The notes beneath the pieces are model-generated. The model made no database searches, was not told the DNA's origin, and saw only the letters and a program-made list of their open reading frames with translations. DNA of 64,000 nt from Eledone cirrhosa (taxonomy: Eukaryota): positions 52,514,001 to 52,578,000 of the forward strand of contig OZ024750.1 in assembly GCA_964016885.1 (NCBI GenBank), given 5' to 3'. Positions 1 through 14,600 of the stretch are shown piece by piece. Positions within the stretch are counted from its first letter, which is position 1. Every line of letters starts with the position of its first letter. The position numbers were made by a program, and so were the translations under genes.

Positions 1-3000
1 AGGTATCAGATATGATGTGGTATGAGATATGATGAGGTATGAGATATGAGGTGGTATAAGATATGATGTGGTATGGGATATGATGAGGTATGGGATATGA
101 TGTTGTAAGAGATATGATGAGGTATGCGATATGATGAGGTTTGAGATATGATGCAGTATGGGATATGATGAGGTATGAGATATGATGTGGTATGGGATAT
201 GATGTGGTAAGAGATATGATGTGGTAAGAGATATGATGTAGTATTACATATGATGTGGTATGGGATATGATGTGGTATGAGATATGATGAGGTATGAGAT
301 ATGATGTGGTATGGGATATGATGAGGTATGAGATATGATGTGGTATTACATATGATGTGGTATGGGATATGATGTGGTATGAAATATGATGTGGTATGGG
401 ATATTATGAGGTATGTGATATGATGTGGTATGAGATATGATGTGGTATGGGATATGATGAGGTATAGGGTATGATGTGGTATGGGATATGATGTGGTATG
501 AGATATGATGTGGTATCAGATATGATGAGGTATGAGATATGATCAGGTATCAGATATGATGAGGTATGAGATATGATGATGTATGGATATGATGTGGTAT
601 GAGATATGATGATGTATGGGATATAATGAGGTATGAGATATGATGTGGCATCACATATGATGTGGTATCAGATATGATGAGGTATCAGATATGATGTGGT
701 ATCAGATATGATGTGGCATCACATATGATGTGGTATCAGATATGATGTGGCATCACATATGATGTGGTATCAGATATGATGAGGTATGAGATATGATGTG
801 GTATCAGATATCATGTAGTATGAGATATGATGAGGTATGGGATATGATGTTGTAAGAGATATGATGAGGTATGCGATATGATGAGGTTTGAGATATGATG
901 TAGTATGGGATATGATGAGGTATGAGATATGATGTGGTATGGGATATGATGTGGTAAGAGATATGATGTGGTAAGAGATATGATGTGGTATTACATATGA
1001 TGTGGTATGGGATATGATGTGGTATGGGATATGATGTGGTAAGAGATATGATGTGGTAAGAGATATGATGTGGTATTACATATGATGTGGTATGGGATAT
1101 GATGTGGTATGGGATATGATGTGGTAAGAGATATGATGTGGTAAGAGATATGATGTGGTATTACATATAATGTGGTATGGGATATGATGTGGTATGAGAT
1201 ATGATGAGGTATGAGATATGATGTGGTATGGGATATGATGTTGTAAGAGATATGATGAGGTATGAGATATGATGTATGGGATATGATGAGGTGTGAGATA
1301 TGATGTGGTATGGGATATGATGTGGTATGGGATATGATGTGGTATGTGATATTATGAGGTATGTGATATGATGTGGTATGAGATATGATGTGGTATGGGA
1401 TATGATGAGTTATGGGATATGATGTTGTAAGAGATATGATGAGGTTTGAGATATGATGTAGTATGGGATATGATGAGGTATGAGATATGATGTGGTATGG
1501 GATATGATGTGGTATGAAATATGATGTGGTATGGGATATGATGAGTTATGGGATATGATATTGTAAGAGATATGATGAGGTATGAGATATGATGTGGTAT
1601 GAGATATGATGTGGTATGAGATATGATGAGGTATGAGATATGATGAGGTATAGGGTATGATGTGGTATGAGATATGATGAGGTATGAGATATGATGTGGT
1701 ATGAGATATGATGTGGTATGAGATATGATGAGGTATAGGGCATGATGTGGTATGAGATATGATGAGGTATGAGATATGATGAGGTATGGGATATGATGTG
1801 GTATCAGATATGATGTGGTATGGGATATGATGAGGTATGAGATATGATCAGGTATGAGATATGATGAGGTATGAGATATGATGAGGTATGGGATATGATG
1901 TGGTATCAGATATGATGTGGTATGGGATATGATGAGGTATGGATATGATGTGGTATGAGATATGATGATGTATGGGATATAATGAGGTATGAGATATGAT
2001 GTGGCATCACATATGATGTGGTATCAGATATGATGAGGTATCAGATATGATGTGGTATGGGATATGATGTGCTATCAGATATGATGTGGTATGCGATATG
2101 ATGTGGTATCAGATATGATGTGGTATGAGATATGATGAGGTATGGGATATGATGTGCTATCAGATATGATGTGGTATGCGATATGATGTGGTATCAGATA
2201 TCATGTAGTATGAGATATGATGAGGTATGGGATATGATGTGCTATCAGATATGATGTGGTATGCGATATGATGTGGTATGAGATATGATGTGGTATGAGA
2301 TATGATGTGGAATCAGATATGATGTATGAGATATGATGAGGTATGAGATATGATGTGGTATGAGATATGATATGGTATGAGATATGATGTGGAATCAGAT
2401 ATGATGTGGTATGAGATATGATGTGGAATCAGATATGATGTATGAGATATGATGAGGTATGAGATATGATGTGGTATGAGATATTATGTGGTATGAGATA
2501 TGATGTGGAATCAGATATGATGAGGTATGAGATATGATGAGGTATGAGATATGATGTGGTATGAGATATGATGTTGTATGAGATATTATGTGGTATGAGA
2601 TATGATGTGGTATGAGATATGATGAGGTATGAGATATGATGTGGCATGAGATATGATGTGGTATGGGATATGATGAGGTATGAGATATGATGTGGCATGA
2701 GATATGATGTGGTATGGGATATGATGAGGTATGAGATATGATGAGGTATGAGATATGATGTGGTATGCGATGTGACGTGTTAAGAGATATGATGAGGTAT
2801 GAGATATGATGAGGTATGAGATATGATGTGGTATGAGATGTGATGTGGTATGAGATATGATGTGGTATGGGATATGATGTGGTATGGGATGTGGTATGAG
2901 ATATGATGAGGTATGAGAAATGATGTGGTATGAGATATGGTGAGGTATGAGAAATGATGTGGTATGAGATATGATGTGGTATGAGATATGATGTGGCATG

Positions 3001-4555
3001 AGATATGATGTGGTATGAGATATTATGTGGTATGGGATATGATGAGGTATGGGATATGATGAGGTATGAGATATGATGAGGTACCAGATATGATGTGGTA
3101 TGGGATATGATGAGGTATCAGATATGATGTGGTATGAGATATGATGTGGTATGGGATATGATGTGGTATGAGATATGATGAGGTATGAGATATGATGAGG
3201 TATGAGATATGATGTGGTATGAGATATGATGAGGTATGGGATATGATGTGGTATGGGATATGATGAGGTATGAGATATGATGAGGTATGAGATATGATGA
3301 GGTATGAGATATGATGTGGTATGGGATATGATGTGGTATGGGATATGATGAGGTATGAGATATGATGAGGTATGAGATATGATGAGGTATGAGATATGAT
3401 GTGGTATGAGAAATGATGTGGTATGAGATATGATGTGGTATGGGATATGATGTGGTATGGGATATGATGTGGTATGAGATATGATGAGGTACCAGATATG
3501 ATGTGGTATGAGATATGATGAGGTATGAGATATGATGAGGTATGAGATATGATGTGGTATGGGATATGATGTGGTATGGGATATGATGTGGTATGGGATA
3601 TGATGTGGTATGGGATATGATGAGGTATGAGATATGATGAGGTATGAGATATGATGTGGTATGAGATATGATGTGGTATGAGATATGATGTGGTATGAGA
3701 TATTATGTGGTATGGGATATGATGAGGTACCAGATATGATGTGGTATGAGATATGATGAGGTATGAGATATGATGAGGTATGAGATATGATGTGGTATGA
3801 GATATGATGTGGTATGAGATATGATGAGGTATGAGATATGATGTGGTATGAGAAATGATGTGGTATGAGATATGATGTGGTATGGGATATGATGAGGTAT
3901 GAGATATGATGAGGTATGAGATATGATGTGGTATGAGATATGATGTGGTATGGGATATGATGTGGTATGGGATATGATGTGGTATGGGATATGATGTGGT
4001 ATGGGATATGATGTGGTATGGGATATGATGTGGTATGGGATATGATGTGGTATGAGATATGATGAGGTACCAGATATGATGTGGTATGAGATATGATGAG
4101 GTATGAGAAATGATGTGGTATGAGATATGATGTGGTATGAGATATGATGTGGTATGAGATATGATGTGGTATGAGATATGATGTGGTATGGGATATGATG
4201 TGGTATGAGATATGATGTGGTATGCGATGTGACGTGTTAAGAGATATGATGTGGCATGAGATATGATGTGGTATGAGAAATGATGTGGTATGAGATATGA
4301 TGTGGTATGCGATGTGACGTGTTAAGAGATATGATGTGGTATGGGATATGATGTGGTATGGGATATGATGAGGTACCAGATATGATGTGGTACGAGATAT
4401 GATGAGGTACCAGATATGATGTGGTATGAGATATGATGAGGTACCAGATATGATGTGGTATGGGATATGATGTGGTATGAGACATGATGAGGTATGAGAT
4501 ATGATGTGGTACGAGATATGATGAGGTACCAGATATGATGTGGTATGAGATATGA
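1..4555. repeat. 17-bp minisatellite (GATATGATGTGGTATGA)n, runs off the left edge
   Basis: The unit is read directly, and translations repeat every 17 aa (3 units). Variants are regionally clustered: GGTACCAG only after ~3080, GGAATCAG ~2310-2515. Variant blocks are re-used (~99-160 vs ~846-910; ~581-660 vs ~1937-2017). Confidence 0.97.
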
Positions 4556-5619
4556 TATATATATCGAAAAGCAGGAACTATTAACACAAACTTCTAGTTT
4601 TACGTACACATGGAATATAGGCAAGGGCCATGCAAAGCTGGTAATAAGGGCCTAAAGCTGGTAATGGATCCCTAATGGTATCTTGGGTTTAATCCTATTT
4701 CGGAATTTTATCAATTTATTACTTTGTTACCTGCTTTTTTTTGTTGTTTTTGTCACTCATTTTTAGGTAAATTCCCACGGTCTCTGTCAGGGTGGTCAAT
4801 AAATAAATAATAATAATTATTATTATTATTGTTATTGTTAATAAGTGAAATTGAGTAGACAGACTGTGCAAGAATTCGGTAAGATAGGATTGTATCTGTA
4901 TCTGTTACGCAATATATCTCTATATATGAGGAGGAAAGTACAAGAGTCGGCAATACTACAAAATAGAGTCGGATATGGTCGGCAATGATAAAATGAAACA
5001 TGATGGAACTGATAGTATTAATAGAATGAAAGTAAGTTTAACAAACAGCGAAATACGACACTGGAAAATGATGTCTTAATGAATTGCCAGACAATTTATG
5101 GGGAGAAATAACAGTTAAGAAAGTGTACGACAAACTGTCAAACTGCAGCAGGTATTTACACTCATGAAGCCATTATTAGCAGAACTTTGAAGAGCCCTAA
5201 CAACACAAATATACATACACAATAGTTCCTTTCAGTTTGTCGGCCTCATCCGACTCTATTTTAGTTCAGTTGATCGGAGTGTTCATCACCGAATCTGACG
5301 GAGGATCCATTTTACTTACTATTAGATTCACCTGGCCTCTGATCAAAGACATTCCAACTATAGTGAATCGATCTATTTTGAAACATTGTATATCTAGGTT
5401 AGATTATCCAATGAACTCTCCTTCTTTACCGGCAGATGGCTTCCTATATGAAGTCATGAAACACCGAAAAGGATCACTTGTTGGCCTTTGGTGCGTGTAT
5501 GTGTGAGAGAGACAGAAAGAAAGGTTTGTGTGTGTGTGTGTGTGTAAATGACCACACACACACATATATATATAACATGTTTGATGCTGGGATGAGATGC
5601 CGGTGTGTTGTGGTGATAA

Positions 5620-8600
5620 GATGGTGGTGTGGTGGTATGGTGGTGTGGTGTTGAGATGGTGGTGTGGTGTTGAGATGGTGGTGTGGTGTTGAGATGGTGG
5701 TGTGGTGGTGTGGTGTTGAGATAGCGGTATGGTGTTGAGATGGTGGTGTGCTGTTGTGGTGTTGAGATGGTGGTGTGGTGGTGTGGTGTTGAGATGGTGG
5801 TGTGGTGGTGTGGTGTTGAGATGGTGGTGTGGTGGTGTGGTGTTGAGATGGTGGTGTGGTGTTGTGGTGTTGAGATGGTGGTGAGGTGGTGTTGAGATGG
5901 TGTTGTGGTAGTGTGGTGGTGTGGTGTTGAGATGATGGTATGGTGGTGTGGTGTTGAGATGGTGGTGTGGTGGTGTGGTGTTGAGACGGTGGTGTGGTGT
6001 TGTGGTGTTGAGATGGTGGTGTGGTGGTGTGGTGTTGAGATGGTGGTATGGTGGTGTGGTGTTAAGATGGTGGTATGGTGTTGTGGTGTTGAGATGGTGG
6101 TGTGGTGTGTGGTGTTGAGATGGTGGGTGGTGGTGTGGTGTTGAGATGGTGGTATGGTGTTGTGGTGTTGAGATGGTGGTGTGCTGTTAAGATGGTGGTA
6201 TGGTGGTGTGGTGTTGAGATAGTGTTGAGTTGGTGGTGTGGTGGTGTGGTGTTGAGATGGTGGTGTGGTGTTGAGATGGTTGTATGGTGGTGTGGTGTTG
6301 AGATGGTGGTGTATTGGTGTGGTGTTGAGATGGTGGTGTGGTGTTGTGGTGTTGAGATGGTGTTGGGGGGGTGTGGTGGTGTGGTGTTGAGATGATGGTA
6401 TGGTGGTGTGGTGTTGAGATGGTGGTGTGGTGTTGTGGTGTTGAGATGGTGGTGTGGTGGTGTGGTGTTGAGATGGTGGTATTGTGGTGTTGAGATGGTG
6501 GTATGGTGTTGTGGTGTTGAGATGGTGGTGTGGTGTGTGGTGTTGAGATGGTGGGTGGTGGTGTGGTGTAGAGATGGTGGTGTGGTGTTGAGATGGTGGT
6601 ATGGTGTTGTGGTGTTGAGATGGTGGTGTGGTGTTGAGATGGTGGTGTGCTGTTAAGATGGTGGTATGGTGGTGTGGTGTTGAGATAGTGTTGAGTTGGT
6701 GGTGTGGTGGTGTGTTGTTGAGATGGTGGTGTGGTGTTGAGATGGTTGTATTGTGGTGTGGTGTTGAGATGGTGGTGTGGTGGTGTGGTGTTGAGATGGT
6801 GGTGTGGTGTTGTTGAGATGGTGTTGGGGTGGTGTGGTGGTGTGGTGTTGAGATGATGGTATGGTGGTGTGGTGTTGAGATGGTGGTGTGGTGGTGTTGA
6901 GATGGTGGTGTGGTGGTGTGGTGTTGAGATGGTGGTATGGTGGTGTGGTGTTGAGATGGTGGTATGGTGTTGTGGTGTTGAGATGGTGGTGTGGTGTTGA
7001 GATGGTGGTGTGGTGTTGAGATGGTGGGTGGTGGTGTGGTGTTGAGATGGTGGTGTGGTGGTGTGGTGTTGAGATGGTGGTATGGTGGTGTGGTGTTGAG
7101 ATGGTGGTGTGCTGTTGAGATGGTGGTATGGTGGTGTGGTGTTGAGATGGTGGTGTGGTGGTGTGGTGTTGAGATGGTGGTGTGGTGTTGAGATGGTGGT
7201 GTCGTGTTGAGATGGTGGTGTGGTGGTGTGGTGTTGAGATGGTGGTGTGGTGGTGTAGTGTTGAGATGGGGGTATGGTGGTGTGGTGTTGAGATGGTGGT
7301 GTGGTGTTGAGATGGTGGTGTGGTGGTGTGGTGTTGAGATGGTGGTATGGTGGTGTGGTGTTGAGATGGCGGTATGGTGTTGAGATGGTGGTGTGGTGTT
7401 GTGGTGTTGAGATGGTGTTGTGGTAGTGTGGTGGTGGGGTGTTGAGATGATGGTATGGTGGTGTGGTGTTGAGATGGTGGTGTGGTGGTGTGGTGTTGAG
7501 ACGGTGGTGTGGTGTTGTGGTGTTGAGATGGTGGTGTGGTGTAAAGATGGTGGTGTGGTGTAGAGATGGTGGTATGGTGGTGTGGTGTTGAGATGGTGGT
7601 GTCGTGTTGAGATGGTAGTGTGGTGGTGTGGTGTTGAGATGGTGGTGTGGTGGTGTGGTGTTGAGATGGTGGTGTGGTGTTGAGATGGTGGTGTGGTGGT
7701 GTGGTGTTGAGATGGTGGTATGGTGGTGTGGTGTTGAGATGGTAGTGTGGTGGTGTGGTGTTGAGATGGTGGTGTGGTGTTGAGATGGTGGTATGGTGGT
7801 GTGGTGTTGAGATGGTGGTGTGGTGTTGAGATGGTGGTGTGGTGGTGTGGTGTTGAGATTGTGGTGTGGTGTTGAGATGGTGGTGTGGTGTTGAGATTGC
7901 GGTGTGGTGTTGAGATGATGGTATGGTGGTGTGGTGTTGAGATGGTGGTGTGGTGTTGTGGTGTTGAGATGGTGGTGTGGTGGTGTGGTGTTGAGATGGT
8001 GGTATTGTGGTGTTGAGATGGTGGTATGGTGTTGTGGTGTTGAGATGGTGGGTGGTGGTGTGGTGTAGAGATGGTGGTGTGGTGTTGAGATGGTGGTATG
8101 GTGTTGTGGTGTTGAGATGGTGGTGTGGTGTTGAGATGGTGGTGTGCTGTTAAGATGGTGGTATGGTGGTGTGGTGTTGAGATAGTGTTGAGTTGGTGGT
8201 GTGGTGGTGTGTTGTTGAGATGGTGGTGTGGTGTTGAGATGGTTGTATTGTGGTGTGGTGTTGAGATGGTGGTGTGGTGGTGTGGTGTTGAGATGGTGGT
8301 GTGGTGTTGTTGAGATGGTGTTGGGGTGGTGTGGTGGTGTGGTGTTGAGATGATGGTATGGTGGTGTGGTGTTGAGATGGTGGTGTGGTGGTGTTGAGAT
8401 GGTGGTGTGGTGGTGTGGTGTTGAGATGGTGGTATGGTGGTGTGGTGTTGAGATGGTGGTATGGTGTTGTGGTGTTGAGATGGTGGTGTGGTGTGTGGTG
8501 TTGAGATGGTGGGTGGTGGTGTGGTGTTGAGATGGTGGTGTGGTGTTGAGATGGTGGTATGGTGTTGTGGTGTTGAGATGGTGGTTTGGTGTTGAGATGG

Positions 8601-11600
8601 TGGTGTGGTGTTGAGATGGTGGTATGGTGGTGTGGTGTTGAGATAGTGTTGAGTTGGTGGTGTGGTGGTGTGGTGTTGAGATGGTGGTATGGTGTTGAGA
8701 TGGTGGTGTGGTGGTGTTGTGTTGAGTTGGCGGTGTGGTGGTGTGGTGTTGAGATGGTGTGGTGTTGAGTTGGTGGTGTGGTGTTGAGATGGTGGTATGG
8801 TGTTGTGGTGTTGAGATGGTGGTTTGGTGTTGAGATGGTGGTGTGGTGTTGAGATGGTGGTATGGTGGTGTGGTGTTGAGATAGTGTTGAGTTGGTGGTG
8901 TGGTGGTGTGGTGTTGAGATGGTGGTATGGTGTTGAGATGGTGGTGTGGTGGTGTTGTGTTGAGTTGGCGGTGTGGTGGTGTGGTGTTGAGATGGTGTGG
9001 TGTTGAGTTGGTGGTGTGGTGTTGAGATGGTGGTGTGGTGTTGAGATGGTGGTGTGGTGTTGAGATGGTGGTATGGTGTTGAGATGGTGGTATGGTGTTG
9101 AGATGGTAGTGTGGTGGTGTGGTGTTGAGATGGCGGTACGGTGTTGAGATGGTTGGTGTGGTGTTGAGATGGTGGTGTGGTGTTGAGATGGTGGTGTGGT
9201 GTTGAGATGGTGGGTGGTGGTGTGGTGTTGAGATGGTGGTGTGGTGGTGTGGTGTTGAGATGGTGGTATGGTGGTGTGGTGTTGAGATGGTGGTGTGCTG
9301 TTGAGATGGTGGTATGGTGGTGTGGTGTTGAGATGGTGGTGTGGTGGTGTGGTGTTGAGATGGTGGTGTGGTGTTGAGATGGTGGTGTCGTGTTGAGATG
9401 GTGGTGTGGTGGTGTGGTGTTGAGATGGTGGTGTGGTGGTGTAGTGTTGAGATGGGGGTATGGTGGTGTGGTGTTGAGATGGTGGTGTGGTGTTGAGATG
9501 GTGGTGTGGTGGTGTGGTGTTGAGATGGTGGTATGGTGGTGTGGTGTTGAGATGGCGGTATGGTGTTGAGATGGTGGTGTGGTGTTGTGGTGTTGAGATG
9601 GTGTTGTGGTAGTGTGGTGGTGGGGTGTTGAGATGATGGTATGGTGGTGTGGTGTTGAGATGGTGGTGTGGTGGTGTGGTGTTGAGACGGTGGTGTGGTG
9701 TAAAGATGGTGGTGTGGTGTAGAGATGGTGGTATGGTGGTGTGGTGTTGAGATGGTGGTGTCGTGTTGAGATGGTAGTGTGGTGGTGTGGTGTTGAGATG
9801 GTGGTGTGGTGGTGTGGTGTTGAGATGGTGGTGTGGTGTTGAGATGGTGGTGTGGTGGTGTGGTGTTGAGATGGTGGTATGGTGGTGTGGTGTTGAGATG
9901 GTAGTGTGGTGGTGTGGTGTTGAGATGGTGGTGTGGTGTTGAGATGGTGGTATGGTGGTGTGGTGTTGAGATGGTGGTGTGGTGTTGAGATGGTGGTGTG
10001 GTGGTGTGGTGTTGAGATTGTGGTGTGGTGTTGAGATGGTGGTGTGGTGTTGAGATTGCGGTGTGGTGTTGAGATGGTGGTGTGGTGGTGTGGTGTTGAG
10101 ATGATGGCGTGGTGGTGTGATGTTGAGATGGTGGTGTGGTGTTGAGATTGTGGTGTGGTGTCGAGATGGTGGTGTGGTGTTGAGATGGTGGTGTTGAGAT
10201 GGTGGTGTGGTGGTGTGGTGTTGAGATGATGGTGTGGTGTTGAGATAGTTGTATGGTGGTGTGGTGTTGAGATGGTGGTATGGTGTTGAGATGGTGGTAT
10301 GGTGGTGTGGTGTTGCGATGGTGGTACGGTGGTGAGATGGTGGTATGGTGTTGAGATGGTGGTATGGTGGTGTGGTGTTGAGACGGTGGTGTGGTCTTGA
10401 GATGGTGGTATGGTGGTGTGGTGTTGAGATGGTGGTATGGTGGTGTGGTGTTGAGATGGTGGTGTGGTGGTGTTGTGTTGAGTTGGCGGTGTGGTGGTGT
10501 GGTGTTGAGATGGTGTGGTGTTGAGTTGGTGGTGTGTTGTTGAGATGGTGGTGTGGTGTTGAGATGGTGGTGTGGTGTTGAGATGGTGGTGTGGTGTAGA
10601 GATGGTGGTGTGGTGTAGAGATGGTGGTGTGGTGTAGAGATGGTGGTATGGTGGTGTGGTGTTGAGATGGTGGTGTGGTGTTGAGATGGTTGTGTGGTGG
10701 TGTGGTGTTGAGATGGTGGTGTGGTGGTGTGGTGTTGAGATGGTGGTATGGTGGTGTGGTGTTGAGATGGTGGTATGGTGGTGTGGTGTTGAGATGGTGG
10801 TGTGGTGTTGAGATGGTGGTGTGGTGGTGTGGTGTTGAGATGGTGGGTGGTGGTGTGGTGGTGTTGAGATGGTGGTATGGTGGTGTGGTGTTGAGATGGT
10901 GGTGTGGTGGTGTGGTGTTGAGATGGTGGGTGGTGGTGTGGTGGTGTTGAGATGGTGGTGTTGAGATGGTGGTGTGGTGGTGTGGTGTTGAGATGATGGT
11001 GTGGTGTTGAGATGGTTGTATGGTGGTGTGGTGTTGAGATGGTGGTATGGTGTTGAGATGGTGGTATGGTGGTGTGGTGTTGCGATGGTGGTACGGTGGA
11101 GAGATGGTGGTATGGTGTTGAGATGGTGGTATGGTGGTGTGGTGTTGAGACGGTGGTGTGGTCTTGAGATGGTGGTATGGTGGTGTGGTGTTGAGATGGT
11201 GGTATGGTGGTGTGGTGTTGAGATGGTGGTGTGGTGGTGTTGTGTTGAGTTGGCGGTGTGGTGGTGTGGTGTTGAGATGGTGTGGTGTTGAGTTGGTGGT
11301 GTGTTGTTGAGATGGTGGTGTGGTGTTGAGATGGTGGTGTGGTGTTGAGATGGTGGTGTGGTGTAGAGATGGTGGTGTGGTGTAGAGATGGTGGTGTGGT
11401 GTAGAGATGGTGGTATGGTGGTGTGGTGTTGAGATGGTGGTGTGGTGTTGAGATGGTAGTGTGGTGGTGTGGTGTTGAGATGGTGGTGTGGTGTTGAGAT
11501 GGTGGTATGGTGGTGTGGTGTTGAGATGGTGGTATGGTGGTGTGGTGTTGAGATGGTGGTGTGGTGTTGAGATGGTGGTATGGTGGTGTGGTGTTGAGAT

Positions 11601-14600
11601 GGTGATGTGGTGTTGAGATGGTGGTGTGGTGGTGTGGTGTTGAGATGGTGGGTGGTGGTGTGGTGGTGTTGCGATGGTGGTATGGTGGTGTGGTGTTGAG
11701 ATGGTGGTGTGGTGGTGTGGTGTTGAGATGGTGGGTGGTGGTGTGGTGGTGTTGAGATGGTGGTATGGTGGTGTGGTGTTGAGATGGCGGTATGGTGGTG
11801 TGGTGTTGAGATGGTGGTGTGGTGCTGAGATGGTGGTATGGTGGTGTGGTGTTGAGATAGTGTTGAGTTGGTGGTGTGGTGGCGTGGTGTTGAGTTGGTG
11901 GTATGGTGGTGTGGTGTTGAGATGGTGGTGTGGTGGTGTGGTGTTGAGATGGTGGTATGGTGGTCTGGTGTTGAGATGGTGGTGTGGTGTTGAGGTGTTG
12001 AGATGGTGGTGTGGTGCTGAGATGGTGGTATGGTGTTGAGATAGTGTTGAGTTGGTGGTGTGGTGTTGAGATGGTGGGTGGTGGTATGGTGTTGAGATGG
12101 TGGTATGGTGGTATGGTGTTGAGATGGTGGTGTGGTGTTGTGGTGTTGAGATGGTGGTGTGGTGGTGTGGTGTTGAGATGGTGGTATTGTGGTGTTGAGA
12201 TGGTGGTATGGTGTTGTGGTGTTGAGATGGTGGTGTGGTGTGTGGTGTTGAGATGGTGGGTGGTGGTGTGGTGTAGAGATGGTGGTGTGGTGTTGAGATG
12301 GTGGTATGGTGTTGTGGTGTTGAGATGGTGGTGTGGTGTTGAGATGGTGGTGTGCTGTTAAGATGGTGGTATGGTGGTGTGGTGTTGAGATAGTGTTGAG
12401 TTGGTGGTGTGGTGGTGTGTTGTTGAGATGGTGGTGTGGTGTTGAGATGGTTGTATTGTGGTGTGGTGTTGAGATGGTGGTGTGGTGGTGTGGTGTTGAG
12501 ATGGTGGTGTGGTGTTGTTGAGATGGTGTTGGGGTGGTGTGGTGGTGTGGTGTTGAGATGATGGTATGGTGGTGTGGTGTTGAGATGGTGGTGTGGTGGT
12601 GTTGAGATGGTGGTGTGGTGGTGTGGTGTTGAGATGGTGGTATGGTGGTGTGGTGTTGAGATGGTGGTATGGTGTTGTGGTGTTGAGATGGTGGTGTGGT
12701 GTGTGGTGTTGAGATGGTGGGTGGTGGTGTGGTGTTGAGATGGTGGTGTGGTGTTGAGATGGTGGTATGGTGTTGTGGTGTTGAGATGGTGGTTTGGTGT
12801 TGAGATGGTGGTGTGGTGTTGAGATGGTGGTATGGTGGTGTGGTGTTGAGATAGTGTTGAGTTGGTGGTGTGGTGGTGTGGTGTTGAGATGGTGGTATGG
12901 TGTTGAGATGGTGGTGTGGTGGTGTTGTGTTGAGTTGGCGGTGTGGTGGTGTGGTGTTGAGATGGTGTGGTGTTGAGTTGGTGGTGTGGTGTTGAGATGG
13001 TGGTGTGGTGTTGAGATGGTGGTGTGGTGTTGAGATGGTGGTATGGTGGTGTGGTGTTGAGATGGTGGTGTGGTGTTGAGATGGTAGTGTGGTGGTGTGG
13101 TGTTGAGATGGCGGTACGGTGTTGAGATGGTTGGTGTGGTGTTGAGATGGTGGTGTGGTGTTGAGATGGTGGTGTGGTGTTGAGATGGTGGGTGGTGGTG
13201 TGGTGTTGAGATGGTGGTGTGGTGGTGTGGTGTTGAGATGGTGGTATGGTGGTGTGGTGTTGAGATGGTGGTGTGCTGTTGAGATGGTGGTATGGTGGTG
13301 TGGTGTTGAGATGGTGGTGTGGTGGTGTGGTGTTGAGATGGTGGTGTGGTGTTGAGATGGTGGTGTCGTGTTGAGATGGTGGTGTGGTGGTGTGGTGTTG
13401 AGATGGTGGTGTGGTGGTGTAGTGTTGAGATGGGGGTATGGTGGTGTGGTGTTGAGATGGTGGTGTGGTGTTGAGATGGTGGTGTGGTGGTGTGGTGTTG
13501 AGATGGTGGTATGGTGGTGTGGTGTTGAGATGGCGGTATGGTGTTGAGATGGTGGTGTGGTGTTGTGGTGTTGAGATGGTGTTGTGGTAGTGTGGTGGTG
13601 GGGTGTTGAGATGATGGTATGGTGGTGTGGTGTTGAGATGGTGGTGTGGTGGTGTGGTGTTGAGACGGTGGTGTGGTGTTGTGGTGTTGAGATGGTGGTG
13701 TGGTGTAAAGATGGTGGTGTGGTGTAGAGATGGTGGTATGGTGGTGTGGTGTTGAGATGGTGGTGTCGTGTTGAGATGGTATTGTGGTGGTGTGGTGTTG
13801 AGATGGTGGTGTGGTGGTGTGGTGTTGAGATGGTGGTGTGGTGTTGAGATGGTGGTGTGGTGGTGTGGTGTTGAGATGGTGGTATGGTGGTGTGGTGTTG
13901 AGATGGTAGTGTGGTGGTGTGGTGTTGAGATGGTGGTGTGGTGTTGAGATGGTGGTATGGTGGTGTGGTGTTGAGATGGTGGTGTGGTGGTGTGGTGTTG
14001 AGATTGTGGTGTGGTGTTGAGATGGTGGTGTGGTGTTGAGATTGCGGTGTGGTGTTGAGATGATGGTATGGTGGTGTGGTGTTGAGATGGTGGTGTGGTG
14101 TTGTGGTGTTGAGATGGTGGTGTGGTGGTGTGGTGTTGAGATGGTGGTATTGTGGTGTTGAGATGGTGGTATGGTGTTGTGGTGTTGAGATGGTGGGTGG
14201 TGGTGTGGTGTAGAGATGGTGGTGTGGTGTTGAGATGGTGGTATGGTGTTGTGGTGTTGAGATGGTGGTGTGGTGTTGAGATGGTGGTGTGCTGTTAAGA
14301 TGGTGGTATGGTGGTGTGGTGTTGAGATAGTGTTGAGTTGGTGGTGTGGTGGTGTGTTGTTGAGATGGTGGTGTGGTGTTGAGATGGTTGTATTGTGGTG
14401 TGGTGTTGAGATGGTGGTGTGGTGGTGTGGTGTTGAGATGGTGGTGTGGTGTTGTTGAGATGGTGTTGGGGTGGTGTGGTGGTGTGGTGTTGAGATGATG
14501 GTATGGTGGTGTGGTGTTGAGATGGTGGTGTGGTGGTGTTGAGATGGTGGTGTGGTGGTGTGGTGTTGAGATGGTGGTATGGTGGTGTGGTGTTGAGATG

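Noticed and set aside
5237-5506. 89-aa ORF in the island between arrays 1 and 2
   Set aside because: It has a TTG start and no recognisable domain. Several weak splice-like sites occur on both strands, but none gives a convincing exon.
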